The notes below the pieces were generated by a model. That model made no database searches and was not told the DNA's origin. It worked only from the letters and a program-made list of their open reading frames with translations. Position numbers and translations under genes: made by a program. Below are positions 18,693 to 28,126 of a stretch of DNA of 64,000 nt, in pieces (position 1 is the stretch's first letter; every line of letters begins with the position of its first letter). Source of the DNA: Alphaproteobacteria bacterium (GTDB lineage: Bacteria; Pseudomonadota; Alphaproteobacteria; Rickettsiales; SXRF01); the NCBI GenBank assembly GCA_033763575.1, contig JANRKF010000010.1:13376-77375 (forward strand), written 5' to 3'.

Positions 18693-21600
18693 TTATATGT
18701 AGGCACTTGGGAGCGTTTCGTCAAGTAGGTCAAGGCGGGCTTTTGTCGTCCAGAGCAGCGCGGTGCGGATGCGGCGGGATGGGTAAATTTTAGCCAGCAC
18801 GGCGGCGTAAAGCGCCATCTGCTGGGCATAAGCGAGCGGCGGCGCGGCGGGCGGGGCGGCGCTGGACTTATAATCGACTACCCACACCTCTTTTTCCATG
18901 ACGACGAGGCGGTCGACCTGGCCGAGCACGGCGACCGGCGCGCCCTGCCACTCCACCACGCCGGAAATGGGCACTTCCGCCATGGAACCCGGCCCGAAAA
19001 GCGGTGCAAATTCTGTTGTGTCCATCACCCGCAGCACCTCGTCCGCCAACGCTTCGGCATCTAATTCCGGGGCATGGTTCTGGGCAATGGTGATGGCGAC
19101 TTCGCGACGTTTTTCCGCCTCAACCGACGGCAGGTATTGCAGCATACGGTGAATGGCTATGCCACGCGTAACCAGTCGTGGATCGGCCAGTGGCGAGGAA
19201 GCGGCGGGCGATACCAGTGTCAAATGCGAAGGCGAAATCGGTTTTTGCGGCGCTTCTTCCGGTACGGTATGGCCTAATAATACAAGCGGCAACGGCGTGG
19301 CGGCAGGCGTTTCTTCTGTTTTCGCAATCGCCGGAAACTGGCCGAATGCAAGGCGTTCATTCGATGATTTTGTGCCGAGAGCTGTGAAAGCCCTCTCCGC
19401 TAATTGGTACCACGAACCGTCCTGCACGCCGGTTTTTTTGTTTTTCCCATTGAAGGCGCCGCAAACGACGAGCACGTCCTCCGCCCGGGTGAGCGCGACA
19501 TAGAGCAGGCGGTGCGATTCCTCCACCTGCAATTCTTTTTCGCGGGCTTTCGCCTCCTGCACCGCCGCACTCGCCTGATCGGCAGCGATGGTGGCAAGCG
19601 GCACCCCCTCCTGCCATTGCAGCCGCTCCGATGTGTTTGGCAGCGAGGTGCTGTCGGCAACAATGACGATTTTGGCCTGCAGGCCTTTGGCGGCGTGCAC
19701 CGTAATGATGCGCAGGCGGCCGGAAGCATGCTCCATATCGCGCTTGATCTCGCTTTCACCCGCCTGCACCCAGGCGAGAAACCCCTGCATCGACGGCGCG
19801 CCGGACTGCTCGTAAAGCAACGTTTGCTCTAAAAATACGTCGAGCACTTCGTGCGTTTCTTCGCCCATGCGCCCGGCAAACGCCCGCCGGAACCCACGGG
19901 CATCGAGCAGCTCGGCAAAGAGCGCATAGGGCGGAATAAAATCCACCTTCGCCCGGAATTCAGCGAGCAGCGCATGCGCGGGGCTACCGGAAATCGCCTG
20001 CCACAGCGAGGTTTTTCGATCATGGCAGAGCGTGAACAATTCGTCTTCGCCGATATTAAACAGCGGTGATTTGAGCAACCCGGCGAGCGTGAGGTCATCT
20101 TCGGGAAACAACAATATCTGCGCGAAGGCAAGCAAATCCTGCACCGCGATGTTATCGAGCAGGTTCATGCGGTCAACGCCTGCCACCGGGATATTCCGGC
20201 GCTTGAGCGCCCGTGATAATTGCGGCACGAAGCGGGTGCGGCGGCGCACCAGCACCATGATATCGCCGGGCGAAACGCCCTGCTTCATCCACTCCTCCAC
20301 CTGTACTGCAATCTGCCGCGCCAGCACATTTTCAGCACTTAAATGGCGCTCTTCATCGGCAAGCGCCAGCGGCCACAACTCGCAATAGCCCTTCGCCTCA
20401 CTGCGTTTGGCCTGATGCGAAACCGTGGCATCCCTTGCGCTTAGGCCTTTTCGTGCCACCTCATTCGCAAACACCGCATCCACCAGCTGCAATATTTCGG
20501 GTGCGGAACGATAGGAATGGGTGAGCGCCACCACCTCGCCTGCCATATGCGCGTCCTGCAATTTACGCATGAAATAATCGCGGTTGGTGGCAAGCCCCGC
20601 CGGGTCGGCGCCCTGGAAACGGAAGATCGATTGCTTCTCGTCGCCGACCACGAACAGCGAGCGGTCGGCTTCGCTGCGGCCAATGCCTGCAAAGAATTCA
20701 CCGGTGATGGCGCGCACGATATCCCATTGTTCGGGGCTGGTATCCTGCGCTTCGTCGACCAGCACATGGTCGATGCCGCCATCGAGCTTATACATCACCC
20801 ACGCACCGACATCGCTCTGCGACAACAGGCGGAGCGCCGCCAGAATCTGGTCATCGAAATCCATCAGGCTGTGGCGTTCCTTGAGCGCGTCATAATGCGC
20901 GATCAGGGTCGCGCCGATGGTGAGTAGCCGGTCGGTGAGCCTTGCATCCGCCAGGGCATTCAGCGCTGCGGCCATGCGTTCGGCGCAGGCCTGCTCCTCC
21001 GAGAGTAGTTCCTCCTCGGCGCTGGAAAGCGTGTTTTTGGTGAATAGCTGCTTGCGCGGGCGATGATCCACCAGCATCCATGCCGCATAGCTTTCCCACG
21101 CCGCCTCATCCCCGCCGGCGGCCCAGCCGCTCAACGCCCCGGCGGTGGCGGTATTGGTTTTTCCACCAGCGGCGGCAAGTGTTTCCGCTATTTTCCTGAG
21201 CGCGGCGATATGCGCGTCGCCACGCCGCACATGCTTTTCCGCCAGCGCTGCGAACGACTCGTCCTCACCCACACCGAGCGTCTTGTAAATGGCTTTGATG
21301 GCGAGCGCTGTGCCATGATGCGCGTCGATAAAACGCGATAATTTTCGTTTCTGCGCCACCATTTCCGCAAGCAAATCGAGCAGCGAATATTCGCCGAGTT
21401 GCTGCACCAGGTCATGCAGCGCATCTCCATAGTCGCTGCCTTTGGCTCCGGCAAAAAGCTGCATCCGCGCCTCTTTAAGCAGCGCGTGGCGGGTGGCGTC
21501 ATCCATCACCGACAAATGCATCCCCACCCCTGCCTCCAGCGGGAACCGTGCAAGCAGCGACTGGCAAAACCCGTGAATCGTTTGCAGCCGGAGCCCCACC

Positions 21601-21941
21601 GGATGATCGAGCACCTGCGCGAACAAGCTCCGCGCCCGCGCCACCATCTGCGTGCTGACCGGCCCGGGGATGAGCGCAAGGAGCTTCTGTTTCAGCTCCT
21701 CTTCTTCCATCATCACCCAGCTTCCGAGCGTCGAGGTGATGCGTTCCGTCATCTCGGCGGCGGCGCCGTTCGTAAAGGTGAGGCACAGTATTTTGGAGGG
21801 CGCCACCCCATGCATCAGCAGGGCCAGCACCCGCCCGGCGAGCAGGCTGGTTTTGCCCGATCCGGCATTGGCAGCCACAAACACCGAACGGGCCGGATCC
21901 ATGGGGCTATTATATTTTTCTTGTTTATGAAGTGCTTGCAT
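18693..21941 (-). CDS. addA: double-strand break repair helicase/nuclease AddA
   Basis: ANAGSGKT, TIHGFCQ, VDEAQDT, VGDEKQSIFRFQGA, TVHAAKGLQ, LYVALTRA, C-terminal GQVDRL..VDYKS nuclease. Confidence 0.93.
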   Translation of the reverse strand: MQALHKQEKYNSPMDPARSVFVAANAGSGKTSLLAGRVLALLMHGVAPSKILCLTFTNGAAAEMTERITSTLGSWVMMEEEELKQKLLALIPGPVSTQMVARARSLFAQVLDHPVGLRLQTIHGFCQSLLARFPLEAGVGMHLSVMDDATRHALLKEARMQLFAGAKGSDYGDALHDLVQQLGEYSLLDLLAEMVAQKRKLSRFIDAHHGTALAIKAIYKTLGVGEDESFAALAEKHVRRGDAHIAALRKIAETLAAAGGKTNTATAGALSGWAAGGDEAAWESYAAWMLVDHRPRKQLFTKNTLSSAEEELLSEEQACAERMAAALNALADARLTDRLLTIGATLIAHYDALKERHSLMDFDDQILAALRLLSQSDVGAWVMYKLDGGIDHVLVDEAQDTSPEQWDIVRAITGEFFAGIGRSEADRSLFVVGDEKQSIFRFQGADPAGLATNRDYFMRKLQDAHMAGEVVALTHSYRSAPEILQLVDAVFANEVARKGLSARDATVSHQAKRSEAKGYCELWPLALADEERHLSAENVLARQIAVQVEEWMKQGVSPGDIMVLVRRRTRFVPQLSRALKRRNIPVAGVDRMNLLDNIAVQDLLAFAQILLFPEDDLTLAGLLKSPLFNIGEDELFTLCHDRKTSLWQAISGSPAHALLAEFRAKVDFIPPYALFAELLDARGFRRAFAGRMGEETHEVLDVFLEQTLLYEQSGAPSMQGFLAWVQAGESEIKRDMEHASGRLRIITVHAAKGLQAKIVIVADSTSLPNTSERLQWQEGVPLATIAADQASAAVQEAKAREKELQVEESHRLLYVALTRAEDVLVVCGAFNGKNKKTGVQDGSWYQLAERAFTALGTKSSNERLAFGQFPAIAKTEETPAATPLPLVLLGHTVPEEAPQKPISPSHLTLVSPAASSPLADPRLVTRGIAIHRMLQYLPSVEAEKRREVAITIAQNHAPELDAEALADEVLRVMDTTEFAPLFGPGSMAEVPISGVVEWQGAPVAVLGQVDRLVVMEKEVWVVDYKSSAAPPAAPPLAYAQQMALYAAVLAKIYPSRRIRTALLWTTKARLDLLDETLPSAYI

Positions 21942-21961
21942 GGCCGTTGAACATCACTTAA

Positions 21962-21979
21962 TCGTCACAAAACCTTAAC
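21962..21979 (+). promoter_or_regulatory. 11-bp-periodic box upstream of the DUF1465 gene
   Basis: TCGTCAC-aaaa-CCTTAAC, 22 nt above TATAAT. Confidence 0.45.
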
Positions 21980-22034
21980 ATTTATAGAAGTAATTGTGGG
22001 GTATAATGGACCTATATAACAGGAGGATCGCCTA

Positions 22035-22457
22035 ATGCATAGTTCATTGAAGCAGGAAGAAGCGCCGCAGATATTTTTCATGCCGGGTGTATTTAATGAA
22101 ACCATGAGCCTGCTCACCGACGCCCGCGATTATTTTTCGCAGTATGGCGACGAGGATCAAAACGGCATCAACGAGTTCCTGCGGGCGATTTATGCCAGCG
22201 AAATGTCGCGCATTACGCTGCGGCTATCAACGATCATGGCATGGACGATGGCGCAGCGCGCCGTGCTCGCCGGTAAAATGTCGCAGGCCGACGCCGCCCA
22301 GCACCACCCGCTTTCCTATCAGGATGTCTGCCGCGTCGATAGCTCAGTGCTGCACGGCGTGCTGCCGGGCTATGTCTGCCAGCTGCTCGACCGCAGCCAC
22401 GAGCTGTATGAGCGCGTCGCCCGCCTCGACGAGCAGTTCCGCCGAACGGTGAATTAA
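22035..22457 (+). CDS. DUF1465 family protein (RcdA-like)
   Basis: F.E.M.LL..AR.Y, EMSRITLRLSTIMAW...QRAV..G. Confidence 0.8.
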   Translation: MHSSLKQEEAPQIFFMPGVFNETMSLLTDARDYFSQYGDEDQNGINEFLRAIYASEMSRITLRLSTIMAWTMAQRAVLAGKMSQADAAQHHPLSYQDVCRVDSSVLHGVLPGYVCQLLDRSHELYERVARLDEQFRRTVN

Positions 22458-22481
22458 CCCCTTATTGTTCTATAGCTATAT

Positions 22482-22606
22482 TAAACTCGCTGCCGCAAAA
22501 AAGCGCGAAGCGATGGAGAGAGAGGCGAGTGAGTGTACGCGAATAGTACATGATCGAGCCGAGCGAGACTCCATCGCAAGCAGGTTTGCAGCGGCAGTAG
22601 AGTTTA
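22482..22606. repeat. RPE-like palindromic element, copy 2
   Basis: Arms taaactcgctgccgcaaa / tttgcagcggcagtagagttta; core gtgagtgtac..gtacatgatcgagc; overlaps SDR TAA. Confidence 0.8.
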
Positions 22607-23362
22607 CTTCCGTGCCACCGCAAAGGGCGAGAACGCCTGCATCACCGGCATCACCTCCAGCCGGTTTACATTCACATGCGCGGGCTGGGTGATGCACCAG
22701 AAAATCGTATTGGCGATATCGTCGGAGGAGAGCGGCTGCATGCCATCATACACAGCATCGGCTTTGCTTTTGTCCCCGGCGAAACGCACCAGCGAGAATT
22801 CGGTATCGCACATGCCCGGCTCAATGCTGGTGACGCGGATGTTTCTGCCCAGCAAATCCGCCCGCAGGTTCAATGAAAACTGGGTGACGAAGGCCTTGGT
22901 CGCGCCATAGACATTGCCGCCGGGATAGGGATAGCTCCCCGCAATCGAGCTTATATTCACGATATGCCCACGGTCGCGGGCGATCATGCCCGGCAGCAGC
23001 GCGTGGGTGGCGTGGAGCAGGCCGCTGATATTGGTATCCACCATCTGCTGGTTGCCCTCGGGCGATTGTTTTTCAAAGCTATCGAACCCCATGGCGAGGC
23101 CTGCATTATTCACCAGCACATCCACGTTCGCATAGTCGGCGGGCAGGCTCGCCACCGCCTTTTCCACCGCCGTCTTATCGCGCACATCGAGCGCGATGGT
23201 GTGGATGTGGTGCGAGTGGGATTTGAGTTCGGCGAGCCGGTCTTCGCGCCGCCCGGTGGCCACCACCTGCGCCCCGCGTGAGGCGGCGAGCATCGCCAGC
23301 GACCGCCCGAAACCCGACGTCGCCCCGGTAATAAAAATGGTTTTGTTGGTGAGTTCGAGCAT
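22604..23362 (-). CDS. SDR oxidoreductase (YdfG-like)
   Basis: TGATSGFG, LVNNAGLA, YGATK, IEPG..DTEF. Confidence 0.93.
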   Translation of the reverse strand: MLELTNKTIFITGATSGFGRSLAMLAASRGAQVVATGRREDRLAELKSHSHHIHTIALDVRDKTAVEKAVASLPADYANVDVLVNNAGLAMGFDSFEKQSPEGNQQMVDTNISGLLHATHALLPGMIARDRGHIVNISSIAGSYPYPGGNVYGATKAFVTQFSLNLRADLLGRNIRVTSIEPGMCDTEFSLVRFAGDKSKADAVYDGMQPLSSDDIANTIFWCITQPAHVNVNRLEVMPVMQAFSPFAVARK

Positions 23363-23393
23363 AGGAATAATTCTAGAAAATGGGCCCGGAGAA

Positions 23394-23511
23394 CCAATTC
23401 GTTAGGCTGTGGCAATAAGCGATGTTTTTGAGAACCGTAGCGCAGCGTACATTAAGTACGCGAGCAACGGAAGCGCAGAAAAGGAAGCGCTTGCCCAGCC
23501 AAACAAATTGG
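23394..23511. repeat. RPE-like palindromic element, copy 3
   Basis: Arms ccaattcgttaggctg / cagccaaacaaattgg; core gagaaccgtagcgcagcgtacattaagtacgcgagcaacggaagcgca. Confidence 0.82.
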
Positions 23512-23730
23512 CTATTTTTTCATTAAGCGCATGCCGAGATAGGTGCACGACCAGCAGGTGAGCACGAACACCACGAGCTGACCGATATTCTTGTCGGGGA
23601 TCACCATCGCGAAAATGAAACCGATGGAGGGAACGGCGAGCACCGCCACGACCAGGAACGTCCACCAATAGATAGCTGCCCATAACGACCCGGGGCGGTT
23701 GGACTCGTATTGCTTATCGTCTTCTACCAT
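23512..23730 (-). CDS. small two-helix membrane protein
   Basis: 72 aa from ATG at 23730; two hydrophobic segments. Confidence 0.7.
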   Translation of the reverse strand: MVEDDKQYESNRPGSLWAAIYWWTFLVVAVLAVPSIGFIFAMVIPDKNIGQLVVFVLTCWSCTYLGMRLMKK

Positions 23731-23782
23731 CTGCAAACCTCCATACTGCTTCCAGCCTAGCACAGAATTAAGCCGAAATCCA

Positions 23783-23797
23783 TTAATTTAGCCTTAA
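23783..23797. promoter_or_regulatory. perfect CtrA consensus box
   Basis: TTAA-tttagcc-TTAA. Confidence 0.6.
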
Positions 23798-23808
23798 GAA
23801 AGGCGGTT

Positions 23809-25239
23809 TTATGCAGAAATTTCGGTTTCTTTCGGCGCGACATCCTCATAAAGCGGCAGGAAAATGCTGAAAATACTGCCTTCGCCGGGGGTGCTTTCGA
23901 TCTGCATGACCCCGTGGTGGCGGTTCAGCACATGCTTGACGATGGCAAGACCGAGGCCGGTGCCGCCGACCTTGCGGGTGCGGGCGGAATCGACGCGATA
24001 GAAGCGCTCGGTCAGGCGCGGTATATGCTCGGCGGGAATCCCCTCGCCCTGGTCCTGCACTGAAAACTGGATGGCGCGGGCGAGCGAACGGAACATCGGA
24101 TCTTCCGGCAATTGCTGCGTCACCTTGACCGAGATCAGCACATCCGTATCCGGCATGGTATATTTGATGGCATTGCCCAGCAGGTTGCGCACCACCTGCG
24201 CCAGCTCCTCATCCTCACCGCGCGCGGCCGGCAGAGTGTCGATGAGCTTCATGCGGATATTGACGTTCTTCTGTTTGCAGGCCCATTCGAAATGCTGTTT
24301 TTCGCTGCGGATAATACGCAGCAGATCGACCTTACCGACCGGCACGTTATGCGCGTTCATCTCGATTTTGGAGAGCGACAGCAAATCGTTCAGCAGCTTG
24401 CTCATGCGCTCGGCCTGCTCGGCGATCACTTTCAGGAATTCGTCGCGGGCGCGCTCATCGTCCTTGGCCGGGCCGCGCAGCGTTTCGACAAACCCGATGA
24501 TGGAGGCGAGCGGTGTGCGGATTTCATGGCTGGCATTGGCGACGAAATCGGCACGCATGCGCTGGATGCGTTTTTGCGCGGTGATGTCGGTCATGGTGAT
24601 GACGATGGAAATTCCCCCGGCAGAGGGAATCGGGAAGCGCTCGATGATCGCCTGGAAATCGCGTGGCTGGGGTTCCGGCAGGTGGAATTCGATTTCCTGC
24701 CCCTGGATATCCTCGACCACCGCTGTAATGGTGTTGATGAGCTTATCGTTGGGAATGATGTCGCGCAGATGCCGCCCCGACAAATTCTGGCCAAAAATAT
24801 TACGGGCGGCGCGGTTGGTACGCACGATGACCTTGTCGTCATTGGTCATGATGAGGATGTCGGGCAGCGTATCCACGAGGATTTCGCGCTCGGTAATCAC
24901 CGTTTCCATCTCCTGCCGTTTAGCTTCCCAGCTCGATTGCAGGCGGGCAAGGGCACCGGAAAGCTCACCGACATTGGAGAGGAAGGAAAGGCGCGGCGCT
25001 TGCACCCGTTTGTCCTGCGCCAGATCGTTCACGTAATGGGTGATGGCGGTGATGTTGGATAAAAACGGCATCACCACCAGCAGCGACAGCGCTAGCACCG
25101 TCACATAGCCATAAATAAAATGGTTGAAATCCAGCGAGCCGAAAATGGAAAGCAGCAGCAGCACCAGCAGCATCGGCAACGAAAAAACAATCATCGTGCT
25201 AAGCAGGGTGCGGAAGGGAATGGCGTGTTTGGACTGCAT
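23809..25239 (-). CDS. phoR: PhoR-like sensor histidine kinase
   Basis: TM-PAS-HisKA (DFVANASHEIRTPL)-HATPase (FYRVDSAR...GGTGLGLAIVKH). Confidence 0.85.
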   Translation of the reverse strand: MQSKHAIPFRTLLSTMIVFSLPMLLVLLLLSIFGSLDFNHFIYGYVTVLALSLLVVMPFLSNITAITHYVNDLAQDKRVQAPRLSFLSNVGELSGALARLQSSWEAKRQEMETVITEREILVDTLPDILIMTNDDKVIVRTNRAARNIFGQNLSGRHLRDIIPNDKLINTITAVVEDIQGQEIEFHLPEPQPRDFQAIIERFPIPSAGGISIVITMTDITAQKRIQRMRADFVANASHEIRTPLASIIGFVETLRGPAKDDERARDEFLKVIAEQAERMSKLLNDLLSLSKIEMNAHNVPVGKVDLLRIIRSEKQHFEWACKQKNVNIRMKLIDTLPAARGEDEELAQVVRNLLGNAIKYTMPDTDVLISVKVTQQLPEDPMFRSLARAIQFSVQDQGEGIPAEHIPRLTERFYRVDSARTRKVGGTGLGLAIVKHVLNRHHGVMQIESTPGEGSIFSIFLPLYEDVAPKETEISA

Positions 25240-25295
25240 GGAAGCGAGCCTACCACAACTATAACGATAATTCAATAAGTTATAGCCGGAAAAAC

Positions 25296-26324
25296 CTAAA
25301 ACGTCAGGAAGCCCACCGTGTCTTTGACTTCGCGCATGGTGGCGTCGGAGATCGTGCGGGCCTTGTCGGTGCCGCGCTTCAGTATGGCGTCCAGATGCGC
25401 CTGGTCGGCCATCAGTTCGCGCATCTTCGCGGTAATCGGCGAGAGGTGGGCCACTGCCGCCTCGGTCAATTTCTGTTTGAAGGCGGAGAAATTCAGCGCA
25501 TCCACTTCCGAGGCCGCCTGCTCGACCGACTGAGCGGTGAAGGCGGCATACATCGTCAATAAATTCTGAGCTTCCGGGCGGCTCTCATCATTGTAGCTTT
25601 TGCCCTCGACCATGTCCGATTTTGCTTTCCTGAATTTCTGCGCGATGGTGTCGGCATCGTCGGTGAGGCTGATGCGTGAATAATCGGACTCATCGGATTT
25701 GCTCATTTTTTTAGTGCCGTCGCGGAGCGACATGATCCTCGCCGCCGATTTCATAATCACCGGCTCCGGCAGGGGGAAAAATTCCTTCCCGTAATGGCGG
25801 TTGAACGCCCCGGCAATATCGCGTGATAATTCCAGATGCTGTTTCTGGTCTTCGCCCACCGGCACATGGGTGGCTTTGTAGAGAAGGATATCCGCCGCCA
25901 TCAGCACCGGGTAGCCATACAGCCCCAGCACTGCTTTTTCCTTGTCCTTCCCAGCTTTCTCCTTGAACTGCGTCATGCGGTTCAGCCAGCCGAGCGGCGT
26001 TTCGCAGGAGAGAATCCAGTTCAGCTCGGCATGGCCCGAAACCGCCGATTGCGGGAAGATCGCGCATTTTTCGGCGTCGATACCGCAGGCGATATAGGCC
26101 GCCGCCGTTTCGCGCACGGCTTTGCGTAAAGCCGCCGGCTCCTGCGGCAGGGTGATCGCATGCAGGTCGGCCAACATGAAATAGCACTCATACTGGTTTT
26201 GCAGCCCGACCCAATTGCGGATGGCACCCAGATAATTACCCAGATGCAGGTTGCCGGTAGGCTGGACGCCGGAGAGGATTCTCAAGGGCGCAGGAGGCAG
26301 GTGACAGGTGTCGGGTGACATCAT
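25296..26324 (-). CDS. trpS: tryptophan-tRNA ligase
   Basis: SGVQPTGNLHLGNYLGA, YPVLMAADILLY, VPVGEDQ, KMSKS; start may be at 26324, 26321 or a downstream TTG. Confidence 0.96.
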   Translation of the reverse strand: MMSPDTCHLPPAPLRILSGVQPTGNLHLGNYLGAIRNWVGLQNQYECYFMLADLHAITLPQEPAALRKAVRETAAAYIACGIDAEKCAIFPQSAVSGHAELNWILSCETPLGWLNRMTQFKEKAGKDKEKAVLGLYGYPVLMAADILLYKATHVPVGEDQKQHLELSRDIAGAFNRHYGKEFFPLPEPVIMKSAARIMSLRDGTKKMSKSDESDYSRISLTDDADTIAQKFRKAKSDMVEGKSYNDESRPEAQNLLTMYAAFTAQSVEQAASEVDALNFSAFKQKLTEAAVAHLSPITAKMRELMADQAHLDAILKRGTDKARTISDATMREVKDTVGFLTF

Positions 26325-26419
26325 AAAAAAACAATGGTACGGATTAAAGACGGATTTTTATAACGTTTGAAATTGAATAAAGCAATGTCTGTCACCTGCC
26401 ACCTGCCTCCTGCGCCCTT
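26284..26419. repeat. heptamer-arm inverted repeat bracketing the trpS/hemB divergent spacer
   Basis: Arms 26284-26321 and 26385-26419 share 27/28 nt (cacctg[t/c]cacctgcctcctgcgccctt). Confidence 0.88.
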
Positions 26420-27392
26420 CCCTTTGACCCGGCTGCGCCGCCTGCGCCAGGCGCCATGGATCCGTGAGCTTGCCGCCGAAACGCGCCTGCACCCGTCGGA
26501 TCTCATTTTGCCCATTTTTGTGACCGAGGGTGAGAATCGCACCGACCCGGTGGCGAGCATGCCCGGCGTGGCGCGCCTGTCGCTCGATTTACTGGCGGCG
26601 CGGGCGAAGGAAGCGCAGTCACTCGGCATCCCGGCCATCGCGCTGTTCCCCCATGTCGAGGCGGGCAAGAAAACCCCGCTGGGCGAGGAGGCGCTGAACC
26701 CCGATAATCTCGTCTGCCGCGCCATCAAGACCCTGAAAAACGCCGTGCCGGAAATCGGCGTGATTGCCGATGTCGCGCTCGACCCCTACACCTCCCACGG
26801 CCATGACGGCATCATCGAAAATGGTGATGTGGCGAACGACGCCACCGCCGAAATCCTCTGCCAGCAAGCCTTGCTCCACGCCGAAGCCGGGTGCGACATC
26901 ATCGCCCCCAGCGATATGATGGACGGGCGCATCGGCGCCATCCGCACGGCGCTTGAGGTGAGCGGCTATACCGGCACCATGATCCTCTCCTACGCCGCGA
27001 AATATGCCTCGGCGATGTACGGCCCGTTCCGCGACGGGGTGGGCAGCAGCAGCGCGCTCGGCAAGGCCGATAAACGCACCTACCAAATGAACCCGGCAAA
27101 TGCGGATGAGGCGATGCGCGAGATCGCCATGGATATTGCCGAGGGCGCCGACATGGTGATGGTGAAGCCCGGCCTGCCCTATCTGGATGTGATCCGGCGG
27201 GCGGCGGGCGCGTTCGATGTGCCGGTGCTGGCCTATCAGGTGAGCGGGGAATATGCGATGATACAGGCCGCAGCAGCAAATGGCTGGGTCGATGGCCCGG
27301 CGGTCATGCACGAGCAGCTCCTTGCCCTCAAACGCGCCGGCGCCCGCGCCATCCTCACCTACGCCGCGGTGGAGGTGGCGAAAACAATCTGA
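26385..27392 (+). CDS. hemB: porphobilinogen synthase
   Basis: RLRRLR, ALDPYTSHGHDG, APSDMMDGR, SY.AKYAS..YGPFR, MVKP, YQVSGEY. Confidence 0.97.
   Translation: MSVTCHLPPAPFPLTRLRRLRQAPWIRELAAETRLHPSDLILPIFVTEGENRTDPVASMPGVARLSLDLLAARAKEAQSLGIPAIALFPHVEAGKKTPLGEEALNPDNLVCRAIKTLKNAVPEIGVIADVALDPYTSHGHDGIIENGDVANDATAEILCQQALLHAEAGCDIIAPSDMMDGRIGAIRTALEVSGYTGTMILSYAAKYASAMYGPFRDGVGSSSALGKADKRTYQMNPANADEAMREIAMDIAEGADMVMVKPGLPYLDVIRRAAGAFDVPVLAYQVSGEYAMIQAAAANGWVDGPAVMHEQLLALKRAGARAILTYAAVEVAKTI
27334..27383 (+). repeat. 50-bp direct repeat, left copy (hemB 3' end)
   Basis: 48/50 identical to 28011-28060. Confidence 0.92.
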
Positions 27393-27406
27393 TTGCAATT
27401 TCTAAT

Positions 27407-27422
27407 TATTGTAGCTACAATA
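27407..27422. promoter_or_regulatory. palindromic operator upstream of brnT
   Basis: tattgtagctacaata, perfect 16-bp palindrome 1 nt before the ATG. Confidence 0.65.
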
Positions 27423-27423
27423 T

Positions 27424-27702
27424 ATGGACATAGAAATTATTTTTGACCCCAATAAAGATCGCCGCAATATCGATAAGCACGGCATCAGCCTGTCCAGTAT
27501 CGTTGATATTGATTGGCCGCTTGCGGTAACGCGGGAAGATGACAGAGTGGATTATGGTGAACACCGCTACCGTATATTTGCACCGCTGGATGGAATTTTG
27601 CATACGGCTGTCGTCGTATGGAGGAAAGGGACGATGCGAGGCATAAGTTTGCGGCAAGCGAATAAAAAAGAAAGAAAATGGTATGAAGAAGAAATCGGCT
27701 AA
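27424..27702 (+). CDS. BrnT-family toxin
   Basis: FDPNKDRRNIDKHGISL, DDRVDYGEHR, R.ISLRQANKKERKWY. Confidence 0.9.
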   Translation: MDIEIIFDPNKDRRNIDKHGISLSSIVDIDWPLAVTREDDRVDYGEHRYRIFAPLDGILHTAVVVWRKGTMRGISLRQANKKERKWYEEEIG

Positions 27703-27985
27703 AAAACGTATTGCGCCCACCCGGCCAGACAAGGAAAATCCTGAATGGACACGCGAGGATTTTCGCCGCGCCCGCCCGGCGGTCGAGGTGTTCACCGAGC
27801 TGATGGGACGCGAGGCGGCAGAAGCCTTCGTCTATAAAAAACGTGGACGCCCACCGAAGCCGCAAACCAAAAAACTGGTCTCCATGCGGCTTGACAGCGA
27901 AGTGATCGACGCCTTCCGTGCGCGTGGTGCTGGCTGGCAGACGCAGATCAATGACGTGCTGCGCGAATGGGTCGAGACACATTGA
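27683..27985 (+). CDS. BrnA-family antitoxin
   Basis: ENPEWT, RGRPP...K..VSMRLDSEVIDAFRA.G.GWQTQINDVLR. Confidence 0.92.
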   Translation: MKKKSAKKRIAPTRPDKENPEWTREDFRRARPAVEVFTELMGREAAEAFVYKKRGRPPKPQTKKLVSMRLDSEVIDAFRARGAGWQTQINDVLREWVETH

Positions 27986-28010
27986 CAATCCTTTCCCATC
28001 AGTGCGTGGA

Positions 28011-28072
28011 GCGCCGGCGCCCTCGCCATCCTCACCTACGCGGCGGTGGAGGTGGCGAAATCACTAACTTGA
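28011..28072 (+). pseudogene. orphan duplicate of the hemB C-terminus (right copy of the direct repeat)
   Basis: Reads AGALAILTYAAVEVAKSLT* versus hemB AGARAILTYAAVEVAKTI*. Confidence 0.85.
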
Positions 28073-28079
28073 CAAAATA

Positions 28080-28094
28080 TTAAACATTTTTTAA
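28080..28094 (+). promoter_or_regulatory. perfect CtrA consensus box
   Basis: TTAA-acatttt-TTAA, 10 nt above TATAGT. Confidence 0.62.
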
Positions 28095-28126
28095 TATTTT
28101 GACCTATAGTGAAAGGAGTGGGCACA

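Noticed and set aside
22465-22697. Short ORFs across RPE-like copies (also 29175-29474 and 23402-23683)
   Set aside because: Open frames arise from the repeat sequence; no RBS or coding signature.
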